DNA of 64,000 nucleotides from Adineta vaga (taxonomy: Eukaryota; Animalia; Rotifera). The position numbers and the translations under genes were made by a program. The notes beneath the pieces were generated by a model. It saw only the letters and a list, made by a program, of their open reading frames with translations. It did not search any database and had not been told where the DNA came from. The DNA lies in assembly GCA_021613535.1 (NCBI GenBank), contig CP075494.1, positions 8,928,001 through 8,992,000 of the forward strand. The letters run 5' to 3'. Positions 25,188 through 38,961 of this stretch are shown piece by piece; the stretch's first letter is position 1, and the number at the start of each line of letters is the position of its first letter.

Positions 25188-25549
25188 ATGATGATTACTT
25201 GAATTATTTTGTCTTTCGTGTAGTCATCGAGACGCAGAAGAGAAGTAATGATGAGTCAGTGTTATGGTTTTTTTACTCTTCTGTTCAGTCATCGATATCA
25301 TTTTGTTTTTTTTCATCGTATCGTCACTACGTTTGTATCCCCTGTGTACTCTTTTTTCATTCTTAACAAACGTATCTACGTAAGCAATCATTTTCTTGCT
25401 TTTCTCTCGTTCACAAGTATTGAGGTATAGAACATTCAGTGTAAATAGCTGGTCTCATAATTTATTTATTGTTTTCAAATGATTTATAAAATCGTCTGGA
25501 AATTATTCATTATCAAATTGTTATTAGAGAGTGTGAGACTATGGTTAAT

Positions 25550-27624
25550 TTATAGATTAGCAAGTACACATATTTCTTGAGTGTCTAGTTCTCGATTATA
25601 CAGGCGAAATTCATCCATAACACCTAGAAAAGATCCTGATGCTAGAGGAATGCTTCCTACTAAACAACTAGCTGGAATTGGAGGTCCCGATGAACCAACG
25701 TTTGCTAATGTAATGTATGCGAGAGCACCAAAATCATATAGATTAAGATTACCACTGTTTGATGACGATGCTACGAATTGTCCATTTACAAAAAGACGCA
25801 TCCCATTTGTATTACTATAAACAACAGCAATGTGTGTCCATGTATTTGATGAAATCTGAGGTCCCAAAGTACTATTTACATTTGGACCTGATGATAGCAT
25901 CCATTGACAAACCAAAAATCCTGTAGATGTGAAAGCAAGAAGATCATAACAATTTCCCGCACCATTTGCATTCGTTGACATATGTACCAAGGAACCAGTT
26001 GGTATGACAGAAGTTGGATTGATCCATAATGAAATTGAAAAAGATAGATCATAACTTCGTAATTTAGGAAAACATTGTGCTTGAAAATAACTTGTACTTG
26101 ACGTAAAAGAGACAGCTTGGCCAAAACGACCAATCGAAATTGTTGTCGTTCCAACTCCTATACCGTTGCAAAGATTAACACTGTAATCATTCCAAGTTTC
26201 ACTAGAATCAAACGGATAATAAGCTAGTAACGTAGCATCATTATATATTTGACAAGCACTTCGTGTAGTGCCACCTGAAATGGTGAAGTGATCGATTCTC
26301 CTAGTAAGTAAAACAAACGAATTCAATATCGAATAGTTTTGAAATTTCAATAAAACATACCCGTTGTAGTATGAAGCTCCATAAGACAATGATAAAGTTC
26401 TTCCAATAATTGTTGTTGAACCTGACGAACTTCCTTGAAATGAATTGATAATACCATTTGAAATAGCATCAATCTTTCCATTAACATAGATTTGTTGTTG
26501 CCATCGAGTTGCATCATAAACAACTGTAACATGAAACCAATTATTTGTTGAAACTATAGTTGTACCAATCAATACATTGCTACTTGCATTCATTGAATCA
26601 AATAAAAGAGTAAATCTTGCAGATCGTATACTTAACGACAGACAAATCATATTCGTATCACATTGACTGAAGATACCCAAATCATTAGTAGCATTAAGTG
26701 TTCCTGGATAAACCCAGGCTTGCAATGTAAAGCTTCGTTTCGACAAATTGATATACGGTATTTGAATATATTGTGGAGTACTCAATGTTAAATACACTGC
26801 TTGACTCATATATCCTGTATATGCCACCGAAGATATTGCTAATCCATATGGTATTCCTGTGGCATATCCAGTTATATCATTATAGTTTCCATCAAAAGGA
26901 TAAAGAGCATTTACCATCGTTGTACGATATGGTGTCTCTTTTCCAATACATGTTGAACTTGAACAAACCGAAACAGTAATATTCGTAAAAGAAGCTAGTA
27001 AATTACGAAGTTGTACAGTGATCGTTGTTAAAAAGATTTACTCACATTCGGATTTTCGCCGTATTACGGTAAAATAAATAGGAAGAACAACGAGAAGGAC
27101 GATAGCTGATGCTATAAGAGCCATTCCCATTAACTTCAAAAGTAATTTTTGTTTTGTTGTCAAATGACTAAATTACAAAAAAAAGAACAAATTTACCTGA
27201 AAATGTGTCATAACATATTTATTACTTACTTGTACCACTTTCGTAAACCATGATCTGAAGTTTTTGTTAATTTTGGAGTTTTATTGTCATCAATGGAGGG
27301 TGATACAGGTGAGACAATATTTAATGATGGCAATTGACTTATTTTTCGTTTATTATTATACTCATCGGAGCTTCGTTCTGTTGCTGGATTTGTTGGAGCT
27401 GTTTTGTATGAAATCGAAGGAAGATGATCGATAGAAATAGTATTAGTAGCATTTGTTGGTGGTGAGGCTTGCTCATGATCGATAGATTGTTTTTTCTATA
27501 GAATAAAACCAGTTCATTATATGTGAAATATGTCGACTATTACTTTTTGAACAGCAGCATTTGATCGTGGCACATATTCAATACGAGCTCGTGTGTCTTT
27601 TTCAATAGTTCTTATTTTATCCAT
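25550..27624 (-). CDS. Type II membrane protein with two LamG/concanavalin-A-like jellyroll domains
   Basis: Upstream exons run from ATG 27624 to a TM segment (~27150-27045). Two repeats of YPFD...SF(T/S)xxxW...W(F/T)H(V/I)xVVY...VNG...(I/M)DxF. Confidence 0.85.
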
Positions 27625-28399
27625 AGAATTCTATGTATATACAAGTGCACATAAGAATATGATTGACATATATGAAGTGTATTATTGTATTATTTGCAAT
27701 GAATACTACAAAGAAATCCAAAGAGTTTCATTCGCAGCATTGCTTTAGTCTATCGATATGAATGAATTCATATTTTTGTATTTATTTTTGTCTACTTTCA
27801 TTCTTTTTATTTTATTTTTAAACATGTTTGCATGAGTAACGTATATGTGCTCGAAGTATATATTCATCAGTATTGCAAGAGAGATCTTGATGAATATTTT
27901 GCATTATCATCCTTATGTCTTTGTTTCATACAATGTTTTCAATGACACTACTTGATATTCATGATTTTTTTTTCTATTGTTTTTGAAAGGATTTGTATTT
28001 TCTTCGTTATTAAAGTATGACTTTGTGTATGAAAATATAATGCTTCTTCATTTTTACAGAATGTTTTTTTAATGAAATAACCCACTTTATCAAATGAAAT
28101 ATATTATTCTCAAACAGAAAAATGTGTTTTGCAAATTCCGATGAATTGATTTTAATCGTACCTCAGATATTATAGCTAGAATCAATCTTAACAATATATA
28201 CTAATGTCCCCTGTAACTAATTAATCCATTCGGCAACTAGAATTACCTGTCCTTTTCATTGTCTATCCTATCGAGAAAAGCTCCACACCCACACCCTCAT
28301 GATTAATAAGAATGGAACTTATCGAATTTATTTTCTTACTAACAATAACCATTGTTAAGATAAGATACAAGATGACTTTTTCAAGTAAATCATTTCTTT

Positions 28400-29607
28400 C
28401 TAAATATCTGTTATTGTATGTTTTCCAGTCATACTGTTATTATTATTATTATTTGAACTTGACGGTGTCAATGAAAATGAATTGGTAGATGTTTTATGAA
28501 TGGGTGTCATATGTGTGGTTTGAACTAATGATAATAAATCCACTGGAAATGGAAAAATAATCGTTGAATTTTGTTCTGTAGCAATATTACTCAGTGTTTG
28601 TAAATAACGTAATTGCATAGCACATGATGACTGAGATAGAATATCTGCTGCTTCTCTTAATGCATTTGATGCTTTAAATTCTCCTTCACTAGCAATAATC
28701 TAATATTTAAAAGAAAACCAAAGTGCTATATTAACAAGAAATATGATAGATTTACTTTTGCTCTTGCTTCTCGTGCAGCTTCTGCTTCAGCTGCCATAAT
28801 TCGTTGAAGACTTTTTGGTAAACGTACATCTTTAATTTCAACTCGTTCAACTTTAATACCCCAATTATCTGTTGCATCATCTAAACATTCTCGCATGGCA
28901 TTCGATACTGATCCACGATCAGATAATACTTCGGATAATAAACGTGTACCAAGAACATTTCTTAACGATGTTTGTGCTAATAGATGCGTTGATTCTTGAG
29001 CATTTTCAACGTTAGAAATCGATCTTATCGGATTAAAAATTCGATAATAAACAACAGCATCAACAGCAACTGTTACACTGTCACGTGTTAATATTTCTTG
29101 AGGCGGAACATCAAATGAAACGGTACGAATATCAACAAGATGTATAGTATCAACACACGGTAAAATAAAACACATTCCAGGACCACGTGCTGATGAACTA
29201 TTTAAACATCCTAGACGAAATGTAACTGCACGTTCATATTCTTGAACAATTTTCAAAGAGATAAAAATTGAAAATGGAAAAAATAGTACAATTAAACACC
29301 ATGAACAAATAATTAATGTTGTTTCACAAAAAGTAGGATTTTTATCAGAACTTTCTTCTCCAATAACATATGGTACATCATATTTATCCCATAAACGACG
29401 AGGATTTCGTCGATTATGTTTTAAAATTGGTTCTTCACGTCGACGAGTATCATCAAATATAGCAGCAAGTGATGATTTCCGACGTTCCGTTCGTATTGGT
29501 GTTAAATGTGATGACATAAGTGGAACGGTAAATGGCTGCTGTTGCTGTTCATCATTATCATGGAACGATGTTAGATCAGTTGTTGATTCTCGTCGCGAAG
29601 GACTCAT
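28400..29607 (-). CDS. Stomatin / band-7 (SPFH) protein, MEC-2-like
   Basis: Motifs [44 protein letters not shown] and [13 protein letters not shown]|IIASEGE...LRYLQTL. One intron at ~28754-28700. Confidence 0.95.
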
Positions 29608-30573
29608 TTATGAGGATGTGATAGTAATTCAATCGAAGAAACAATATAGGAACGAAATAACTGAGAATAGAAAGCTTATTACAATATATTTTATATTTTC
29701 ATACGTGTATGTTTATAAGTTGAAGATAATAACTTTGTTCATCTGCTTATCTAGAAAATAAAAGTATAAACATGTTGAGTAATTAATACATCTTGTCAGA
29801 AAATTTATAGCGAGGAAATAAAACACTTCAATCAACAATTATATCTATCATAGAAATCCAATAATCATTTTGATTATTGGAATTCTTTTACTATACAATG
29901 AATGAGTTCGAACAATACTCACCTATATATGACATTCGACATAACTAATGCTATGAAGTCGAATGAGATATTTCCATAGAATGAAATAACTATTTTCTTC
30001 ATTCTGTTGACGAGAACTCAAACAGATGTAGTTATTTGATTAGAATCATGATTAATTGATACATGCATCCAATTTTTTCTCTCCTTCTTCTCTCCCTAAT
30101 GAGTCCAATAAATATAAGCTACTAAATCACGGCCATTTGAAGTTTTGTAATATTCTGTTATCTAATTCTTTTTCTTCTATATCTTGATAAATAATTATAA
30201 GAATATAAAAAAAAGAAAGTAGACATGGAAGATAATTAGTTGAAGACATATCTAAACCTTCGTCATTTTATCATTGTTTCCTACAGTTGACATGGACATC
30301 AACTAGTGATAAAAATAGAAACTAGAAAGAATTCTCTTATACTATAGACTAGTTAACAATAAAAATCTGGATCAAGACTAAATTCGTCTTTTTTTTTAGT
30401 ACGACAAGTCAATTGAGTGAAATTACTTACGATCAATGTCATAGTATAAAAATGATATAATAGATAGACATCTATGAATATATTTCATTGGTGCGATAAA
30501 TTTTACCATTCATATTTCTGTAATTTCATCTGTTTTCTTTCATTTTTGAAAAAGCACAAAGAGAAAACGAACG

Positions 30574-31643
30574 ATGTCAACATCATTAGAATCGTTTGAG
30601 ACATTTGCAACCAATTTCCGTAAGACATTCTCTAATCAACCATGTTTGGTTATCAATGTTGCACAATCAAATTTACCACCTTCACCATGGTCCGGAAATG
30701 ATAATCGTAATACACAAATCTGTTGTCAACCCTATTTTGATGCTCATACAAATGGTGGTCGTTATGAAATAGCATTCTTTGATAATGGTTATGCATACTA
30801 TGAAGAATTAGAAGGAACTCGTTTTCTTAAACGTCTAGAACGTTATAATCCGCAAATGGAATTTCGTGATTTAACTAAAGTTTTGGAAAGAATGAAACAG
30901 ATATTGGAAGATTCAGCTACAAATACAAAAGATAATCAAATTTCTGTACAATTGTTGAACGATGATGAGTTAGTTGTAGAAATTAAAGGTAAATACACAT
31001 CGATCGTGCATTCTACCCATTGTTGAATCTTTTAGGTCGTGTCAAAGGTTCAATTCTTTTTACATATGTATTTCAATGTCGACGACGTGAAGGTGAATTT
31101 TATGAATCAAATTATGTTCGTCAAATTGTTTATTGTCTTGCGGAACGAAGAAGTCGTGAATTAGAATTAATTAAAATAATCCAGGCTAAAGATAAGGAAC
31201 TTGATGATTATCGTTCGCAAGGTGCATGTCAACTACAACGTTCATGGCTTGCAACACAACCATTTGATAAAGAAGAATTTGATAAATCAACATCAAGACA
31301 AGTTCAACAACGACATGATGATGTTCTATTACATACATTAGATTTAGCATTTGATCGTGAAGGACAACAGTTAATTGAAGAATGTTTATTAAGAAATGAG
31401 TATCGAAAACGAGTATATACATCGAAGGGTAGTAATGACGCTTCATCGGCAAAAACATCTAAAAAGAATATTTCACCACAAAAACGATTACCAAGTAGGC
31501 AACAATCAACTTCAAGTCAACCATTGAATGACGAAGAAACGGCAGCGGAACGTCGTCGACATGAAGAACTTGAAGAACGACTTCGATTAGATAGAGAACG
31601 TGATGAACAAATTGCTAAAAAGAAAAAGAAAAAATTTGTTTAA
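30574..31643 (+). CDS. NHEJ1: Non-homologous end-joining factor 1 (XLF/Cernunnos)
   Basis: Intron 30989-31035. Head motif RLERYNPQME; coiled-coil motif KDKELDDYRSQGA...LATQPFD (compare human KDLEIQDYQESGA...LKTEPFE). The basic-hydrophobic C-terminus KKKKKKFV resembles a Ku-binding motif. Confidence 0.8.
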
Positions 31644-32093
31644 TCTATTTTTATGTATCAACTATTTTACTTGATATATATATATATATATGCGTAACTA
31701 TTTTTGTATATGTGATACTAATATATTAATATTGCGAAAATAATAAATGTGATTAGATCTTTTGATCATAATTTCAAGCAATAATAATGTTATTTTCTCA
31801 TGATGATTCTACACTCATATGTAAACACTTATGTTATAGTATTGGAAACGATTCTAATTGACTTTTATAAAGTATATCAAATCATTGATGAAACACATCA
31901 ATGTTGCTTGTTTATTAGTTTTCATTCGGTTAATCAAATTTGTAAGAAGCTACATCATTTTTTTTCTATAAATATAAAAGAAAGATTTATCTGAATTATA
32001 AATTTATTTCAAAATGAAAAATTTGTTTTTATACATATTACAGGCGTAGAAAAAAGGGCACAAAGACAAAATGCAAAAAAAAAAGAAAAAAGT

Positions 32094-33815
32094 TTATTCA
32101 GGAAGAAATTCCTGTTTGAATCCAATACTACTTGAAGTTGGTCTTTGTCGTAATTCAGTGCCATTAGCATCTTGACTGGTGGATCTACGACTTGATAGTG
32201 ATCGTTCTCGTTCTATCGGACTAGCTTCGACAGTTGTCGTTGTTCGACTGGAACGAGTTGATGTTGTTAAGTTATGTTCAAGAGCAAGATTCTTCTCCTT
32301 CAATTGTAATCTCAATTGTTCATTTGCCTCTTGTAATTGACGTACTTGATTTGTTAATTTATTCGACGAATCTTCAATCTGTTCAACAACAGGTGTTGTA
32401 CGCGGTATAGCTGCATGTGGAGATGGTCGAAGAGAACCCATCATAAATGGTAAATGAACTTCATATCGTGAATACATCAGCATAATCACAACAATAATGA
32501 ATATAATTAGAAGAATGATCACTGGCCAAAGCATAAAAGGAACGTGACGCATTGTACCAGCAAAGAATTGAGATAAACTTTCACCTACTGCTCCAAGTGG
32601 TGTTGTAAATAACTGAGCAAAAGTCATTGATAGGGCCTTGAAATAAAAACAAGAATAAATATGATTGTTTAGAACGACAAAACATATACTTGAATAGGTG
32701 TGACTTGTGAATGTGGTGTCGATCGTAGTGCTTTGTGATATTCGAGACATTCATTTGATGGTATTTCAACAAAACGACCAAGTTTTGCTTTCACCATATC
32801 AAAAAATCCCATTGATTGACCTTGACAATGTTTGGGCAGTTTTTTCATGAGTACTTCATCCACCTTGGCTTGTGCATCCTAAAGAAAAGTTCTCTTTATT
32901 TATAATAATGAACAAATATATTTGATTTACTTGATAGAGTGTATACCAATTTTGGATGACGGATACGATGAATGTCACGATAAAGAATGTTGTAAACCAT
33001 CGACCACGACGAAGATGTGTACGAATACTAATGAGACTTACTGATCCAATCAATACAAGAACAACTGCACCCTAGAAAAGAATAAGAATATTATTTCTAT
33101 AATGTTCTATTTGAACCTACTTTGATCAGTGTATTAATATCGAACGATCGTAACCAATCTGACCAAGTTAAACTGCTTAGGACTGATTGACTTTGAACTT
33201 CTTGAACCATTTGTTTGAGAATATTAGATATCATATGAACTTGATGAAGTACATCTTTCTAAAAGCAAATAAATGATTGATCATTCAAATATAATAAATA
33301 AATTAACTATGTCGAACTTGTTCATAAAGAGTTGAAGAAGCAAAATCATTGAGTCGATCAATATCATCGGATGAAAGTTCAGTTACAAGACGATATTCTT
33401 TTGAATTTTTCGACTAGAAATATATTAGATAAACAATTCTACTTAAGGTGTTTAACAAAAGAAGCAAAGATCACTTACAGGAAATTTCTCAAGCCAATCC
33501 TTGATTACATGACGATAGGCAGTTAGAACTGTTCGATATTCTGTTGTATGTGTTGCTGGACATGTTCCACCATCTTTCTACAAGAATAAAATTATCAAGT
33601 AAAAACAAAGAGAGAATAAAAAAAGAACGTACAAGATTCGATACATGTTTTTGAACTTTTTCTTTGACTTTTGCCGAAGCATAATCAACTTTTTCAGCAA
33701 CTTGATCTTTTACATTATTGAACATATCGAAAATATCTTGAGAATTGGAACCAACCAAAAATATTGTCATTAAAAAATAGAAAAATATACACCGAGTTTT
33801 TGTTATTGAGAGCAT
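32094..33815 (-). CDS. CLCC1: Chloride channel CLIC-like protein 1 (MCLC)
   Basis: Multi-exon, with a signal peptide and three TMs. Motifs SVIQNWYTLYQ and CLEYHKALRSTPHSQVTPIQ|ALSMTFAQLFTTPLGAVGESLSQFF match the MCLC pattern. Confidence 0.82.
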
Positions 33816-34579
33816 GTTTTTATCTAAATATGAAATTCTAATAAATATTATAAGAATAAAACATTTACGTTGCGAATAAATCACTAAATACGTGTCTAGT
33901 ATAAGCTGAGCGAAACAGACGATAGCGTTACCAAAAACTTATAGAATCTCTCCTCGAAGGATGACGCTAGCTATTGATCTATGATGACGTTCATTTTTCT
34001 CATAAAGTGCCGTGTGAACAATTATTATCAAATATACAGATCATTCATGAATATAAAAATAGCCTGAATAACGATATTTTTTACAGTGTTTATAGTCTTC
34101 AATAAATAACTTCGACTGAGATTAATAATTAAGACAGATAAACCAATGATTTCGATATTCTTCTTCTCTCCCGAATTGTTTATATTTAATATGAATACAA
34201 TAGAATCTCGTTGGAAATCCAACGAATGAAGGAATAAATTCGTCTTAAAAAGAATATTATATTACTACTATCGCACAATGACGAATACGATGCTTTATAA
34301 TCGATGTCTCTCAAACACTTCATGTGGCGCACTCTTTTTCTTATGACGAGTCATCATACGAATGAATGAATGAAACTCGGTTAACTTCATTATTATTTAT
34401 TCATTCTTTCTTTTTTCTCTTTTACATCGTATCAAACACAAACACATACACGTGAATATATAGTCGTGAAACATATCAAACATCTTTTGTCATCTATCTT
34501 TACAAGTAAAAACATAAAATTTCCATATCAGAAAATATGACTCATTGTGTAATTTAGTTTTGATTTTATTAAATCGAAC

Positions 34580-35476
34580 ATGAATTTTAATGCTAATCAA
34601 GCAGCACAATCAGCAAATTATGCTGGACAAGCAATGAATGCATTTCAAACAGCAGTAAATATTGATAATCAACAACCGCAACCTGAAGGAACAACATTTT
34701 GGTTTCGTTGGCTCACTCGAATCGTCGCTGTTGTTACTGGCATTCGTAAATTCTTCGAAAATCAACTATTATTTTTGAATGATTCGTTTATTTTTTTAGT
34801 TGCCATGATATGTGGTGTTTTCGGCGCACTTAGCACATCGCCCTCATGTATAGCAGCTGGCATCCTAATGATGTACATTAATTTCCTTTGTCTGATGATA
34901 AATTATACTTTTATTTCGTTTAGTTTTTTCGGCTTCTCAATGATTATGTTTGAAGTGCCCATTTGTTGTCAATTTGTTTCATATACTCAACCAGTTGCTG
35001 ACTTCTCGAAAAATCGTCCAGCATGGCAAAAAGCAGTACTCTATTCAGTGTTAGTATCTCAACGCAGAAATTGATCTTAAGTTAATTTAGTTTTGATCAT
35101 TCATTTTACTTATGTTCAAAAATATTTGATTTTACGAAAGGAAAAAAAAAAGAATTGAATTTCATTCGATATAATTTAGACCACCACTGCTACCACTTGT
35201 TTTATGTCAATCGATAAGCATCGTATTGGGTTTCATTTGTTTACTTGTTAATGGAGCTATTCAATTCATGTTAGCTGTTGGCAAAAAGTAATGAAAATTC
35301 GATGCTCTGATGAAAACTTGTTTATTTACTCCTATACTTATCTTTTTAGAGCATCGAGAGAAGAAATGCTTAATCGAGCAGGTGGAATTGGTGATAGTCG
35401 TGGACCACCAGTGCCTGATGGACCACCAATCAATACAACAGGTGATAAAGGTCTTAGATTCACTCAATTACCTTAA
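34580..35476 (+). CDS. CACFD1: Calcium channel Flower homolog
   Basis: Five exons. Motifs WFRWLTR, CIAAGILM, FEVPICCQFV, WQKAVLY and LAVGKK. Confidence 0.88.
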
Positions 35477-35835
35477 AATATTCGAAGCGAATTCTATTGG
35501 TGACAATTATTCCACATGTATTTTTCTTTTTGATTATTATTATAACACACTACTACGAAATATCTATCTCTTTCTTCTTCTTCTTCGTCTTTTTTTGTCT
35601 TTTGCGAAATCAAATTAAATTAACAGCAAATGAAATATATTTATTGTTATTATTTCTTAATGGTTGATTTTCATCTTCCTATTCTTCTGACGTTATTCTC
35701 TTGTTATTCGTGATTTTCATTGATTTCTTTCATTGTATTTTAACATTTGACATTCTTGCTAATCTCCGAACAAAAAATTTAAAAAGAAACAAAAATGATA
35801 ATCAAAGCATTTAACAATGATACAACAAAATTTCC

Positions 35836-36728
35836 TCAGCATCTTAATAAATCCTTGAAATATTTTCTTAATTGGTGATTATATAAAAATAAATCAACGA
35901 TATCTATTAACGATGCTAATTCACACAAAATTGTAGAAATCGAATTTATTACTTGATCAACAGGTGTATAATGTTCAATGATTGGAATAATAAATACTGG
36001 AGCCCACCCTCCAACAAATATACAAAACATAATGACCATATGTTTTAATAAATAAATATCTCGATGATTAATTTTTATCTGTTGAATATTTCCAGATGCA
36101 TCTTGAGGTTGAACACGACGTGATGAAGAACGAACGTAATGATATATAAACATGTTGATAATCAAACACATTATTGAAGAGATTACCACTGTAGTGACGA
36201 AAACATACACAGCTAACCATATTGACCGATCACAAGGCTAAATAATCATTGTATTGATAGGAAAGAAAGAAAGCCTTATGACAATAATCTTACCGCAAAT
36301 GTACATATAAAAATTGGTATCGCTAAAATGAATCCAAAGATCCATTGACTTCCAATGCATATTATAATCCATCGTCTTTTCCTAAAAAAAGCTTTTGTAT
36401 GATAAGCAATTGAACAATAACGATGAACAGATGTGATGACAAAACTAAGTGGTACTTCGAGTGTGAATATATTTTGTGCAAGATTCAGAAAAATCAGTAC
36501 ATTAGCAGAAATTTCATTTGATCGTTTCATGAAAACTAATATATAAATTGGTAGCCAAGAAAGACAACAAAAGATTGATGCTAAACATATATTAAGCGTG
36601 AGAATATTATTGAGTTGATGAAAACGACGAATACAAATAATTGAAATTGAATAAACTAATGCAAAAATAACGATTATCACAAAAATAATCAATTGAATTA
36701 TAGGAAATATACGCTTTTCGACATCCAT
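35836..36728 (-). CDS. Orphan 7TM receptor copy 4 (intact)
   Basis: Two exons with the same intron position. Motifs RRFHQLNN, SVHRYC, YVRSSSRRV, FVGGWAP and LFLYNHQLR. Confidence 0.85.
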
Positions 36729-37047
36729 CGATAGAGTAAAGAAATGGATAAGCAGTTTCGAGCTCAAAATTTTAAATAAAAGAAGATCTTTTGAGCTCAT
36801 TAGTCATACCCGTTAAAGCGTACTTGATAAATAATTCAAAAGCATCCTGCTCTGTCAGAGTTCTTTATTTTTACAACGACGTAGAAAAACACATTTCGTG
36901 ATCCTAACAAAGAAAAAGGTAATTATAATTGTATTGATGAAACGATCTCTGATTAAGTTCCGCAATGCATCATGAAATTGTCGTTCAGATTTCTCTAATC
37001 ATAACATCTTCTTTGATAAACACATACAATTACACTCAAATTAATAC

Positions 37048-37907
37048 ATAATTGACAGTTTCGCTCAAGTACTTTTTGCTTTCATTACTTAATCTGTTCC
37101 ACTGAAGATCAAGATATCGGAGTGTCTAAAAGTCGATTTTGTTAAACATACCATAGGTGAATATCGATTGTTACTGACCTTGTTATATAGTAATGCATCG
37201 CGTAAATACTGTGTACATTCATCACTAATTTTATTGCCATAAAAAATCAAATCTGTAATCGTCTACATTACATAACAATAATTGAAATGTGTTCGACAAA
37301 TTAAATTTATATGATATATCGTATTCTGTTTCAAGAGATTTCTACTTAGCGTCAATGATCTGAGCGTCTATATTAAATCAGCGTAGACGAAAAAGTAAGG
37401 CGCATGTTTAACAATTATCTAGTACGGCGTTGTTTTCGACTGCGTTTGTAAGATATTCTAACTCAGCGTTACTAATGGTATTACGATCAAGTGCTAAAAG
37501 CTGTAAATGTCTAGAACAAATAATAGTTAACAATATGACTGTAATATGTAATCGATGAAATTGACTATATTATATTGGAATGCATTGGCAAGATGCTGAG
37601 CATCTTGAGTATTGATTCGATTATTTCGAAGATCTAAAGTTTTGAGTGTCTACGATCAGTGATACTAATAAATAATAAGTATATAGTATTAATAACAGTG
37701 TTATGTTTCAACGTATTAGAAAGATATTTCAAGCCTATGTCTTTGATATGATTGGTAGGAAGTATCAGTTTTGTCAATGTCTACATTCAGTCGACTACAA
37801 ATACCGCGAACGAATATGAGAATCGTTAAATCATCGAATTTGTCAAGAATTCGATAGACAATTTCAACAAGTAATATAATGAGAGATAAACTCGTCTTAC
37901 TCGACAT
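37048..37907 (-). pseudogene. F-box + ribonuclease-inhibitor-type LRR (NLRC3-like) gene, decayed
   Basis: F-box-like LVEIVYRILDKFDDLTIL...ICSRLN followed by 84-nt phase-0 LRR exons (37780-37697, 37649-37566, 37262-37179). Lesions: the first intron is reduced to its acceptor; exon 37510-37426 is 85 nt; exon 37367-37320 is only 48 nt and is followed by AT instead of GT. Confidence 0.72.
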
Positions 37908-38408
37908 TGATGCTATTGTTGATCAATTTCGTATATTTTTATGAACAAGCATGTGTGTTGAAATTGTTTCTTTTCTATATCAAGAAATAGATGTTTATCG
38001 TTAATGTTTCATGTACGTTCGTCAGAATTGTGCAATAATCTATTTCAATTAGTAGTTAAATAGAAAGAAATCCAATGGACTGATAGAGATATTCGATTTT
38101 TAATTATATTTTTACATTTCATATGATAGGAGCACGTGTAAATATTTTTCATAAGAAATGATAACAATGTAAGTGTAAAATAGCAAAAACTAGTTTCTCT
38201 ATAAACAGATGGTTATTGAAGAGATCTACAGAATAGTAGTGGGCAGATACGAACATGTTCAAACGATCTGTATTAATTCTTTTTCATGAGAAAAATTGAA
38301 ATACAAAATGTCACTTAGTTTGTTTCTTATCTTTATTCTTTCATAAATCTCTCATATATATCAAGTTGGTCACGAATGAGAGAAAAAACAAATCAAAACA
38401 TTATTCTT

Positions 38409-38961
38409 CTATTTCGATTTTGAGCTGACTGCTTGTGGTTGTGTTGTTACTTCTGTAGCTACAGCTCCTTTCTTTGATTTCATAACCATAGCAACAATAC
38501 GTTGTTCTTCAATAAGAAAGGCTCGAACAATACTAAAATAGAATAAGAAAATTAATTTCTCAATTTTTCATACAATCTTTCTTATTTCTCACCGAAGTCG
38601 TACGCATTTAGCACATCGTGAACCTCCATAAGTACGTGATACTGTTTTCAATCGTTTGGTCATTGACATACGTTCTTTTGGTCGAGATGCCTTGATCTAA
38701 ACCGCACATACATTAGTGAAATGAGGAATAGATTCAAATGCAAACTTACTCCTGGTAATTCGACTTTACAATCACCACATTTGGGCACTGTTCCACGTTT
38801 TTTAACATATTGATATGTCAATTTACCTCCGGGTGTCTTAACACTAAATGTAAATAAATTTCCTAAAAGATGAAACGGAGAATTATTTCGACATACACTT
38901 TAACCCGATTCGATTTGGTGTTGTACGACAAGCGTCGTCGATAAGTTAATCGTTGGACCAT
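38409..38961 (-). CDS. RPL34: 60S ribosomal protein L34 (four exons; not in the ORF track)
   Basis: Spliced translation MVQRLTYRRRLSYNTKSNRV...KTPGGKLTYQYVKKRGTVPKCGDC...LPG|IKASRP...KTVSRTYGGSRCAKCVRLR|IVRAFLIEEQRIV. Confidence 0.97.
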
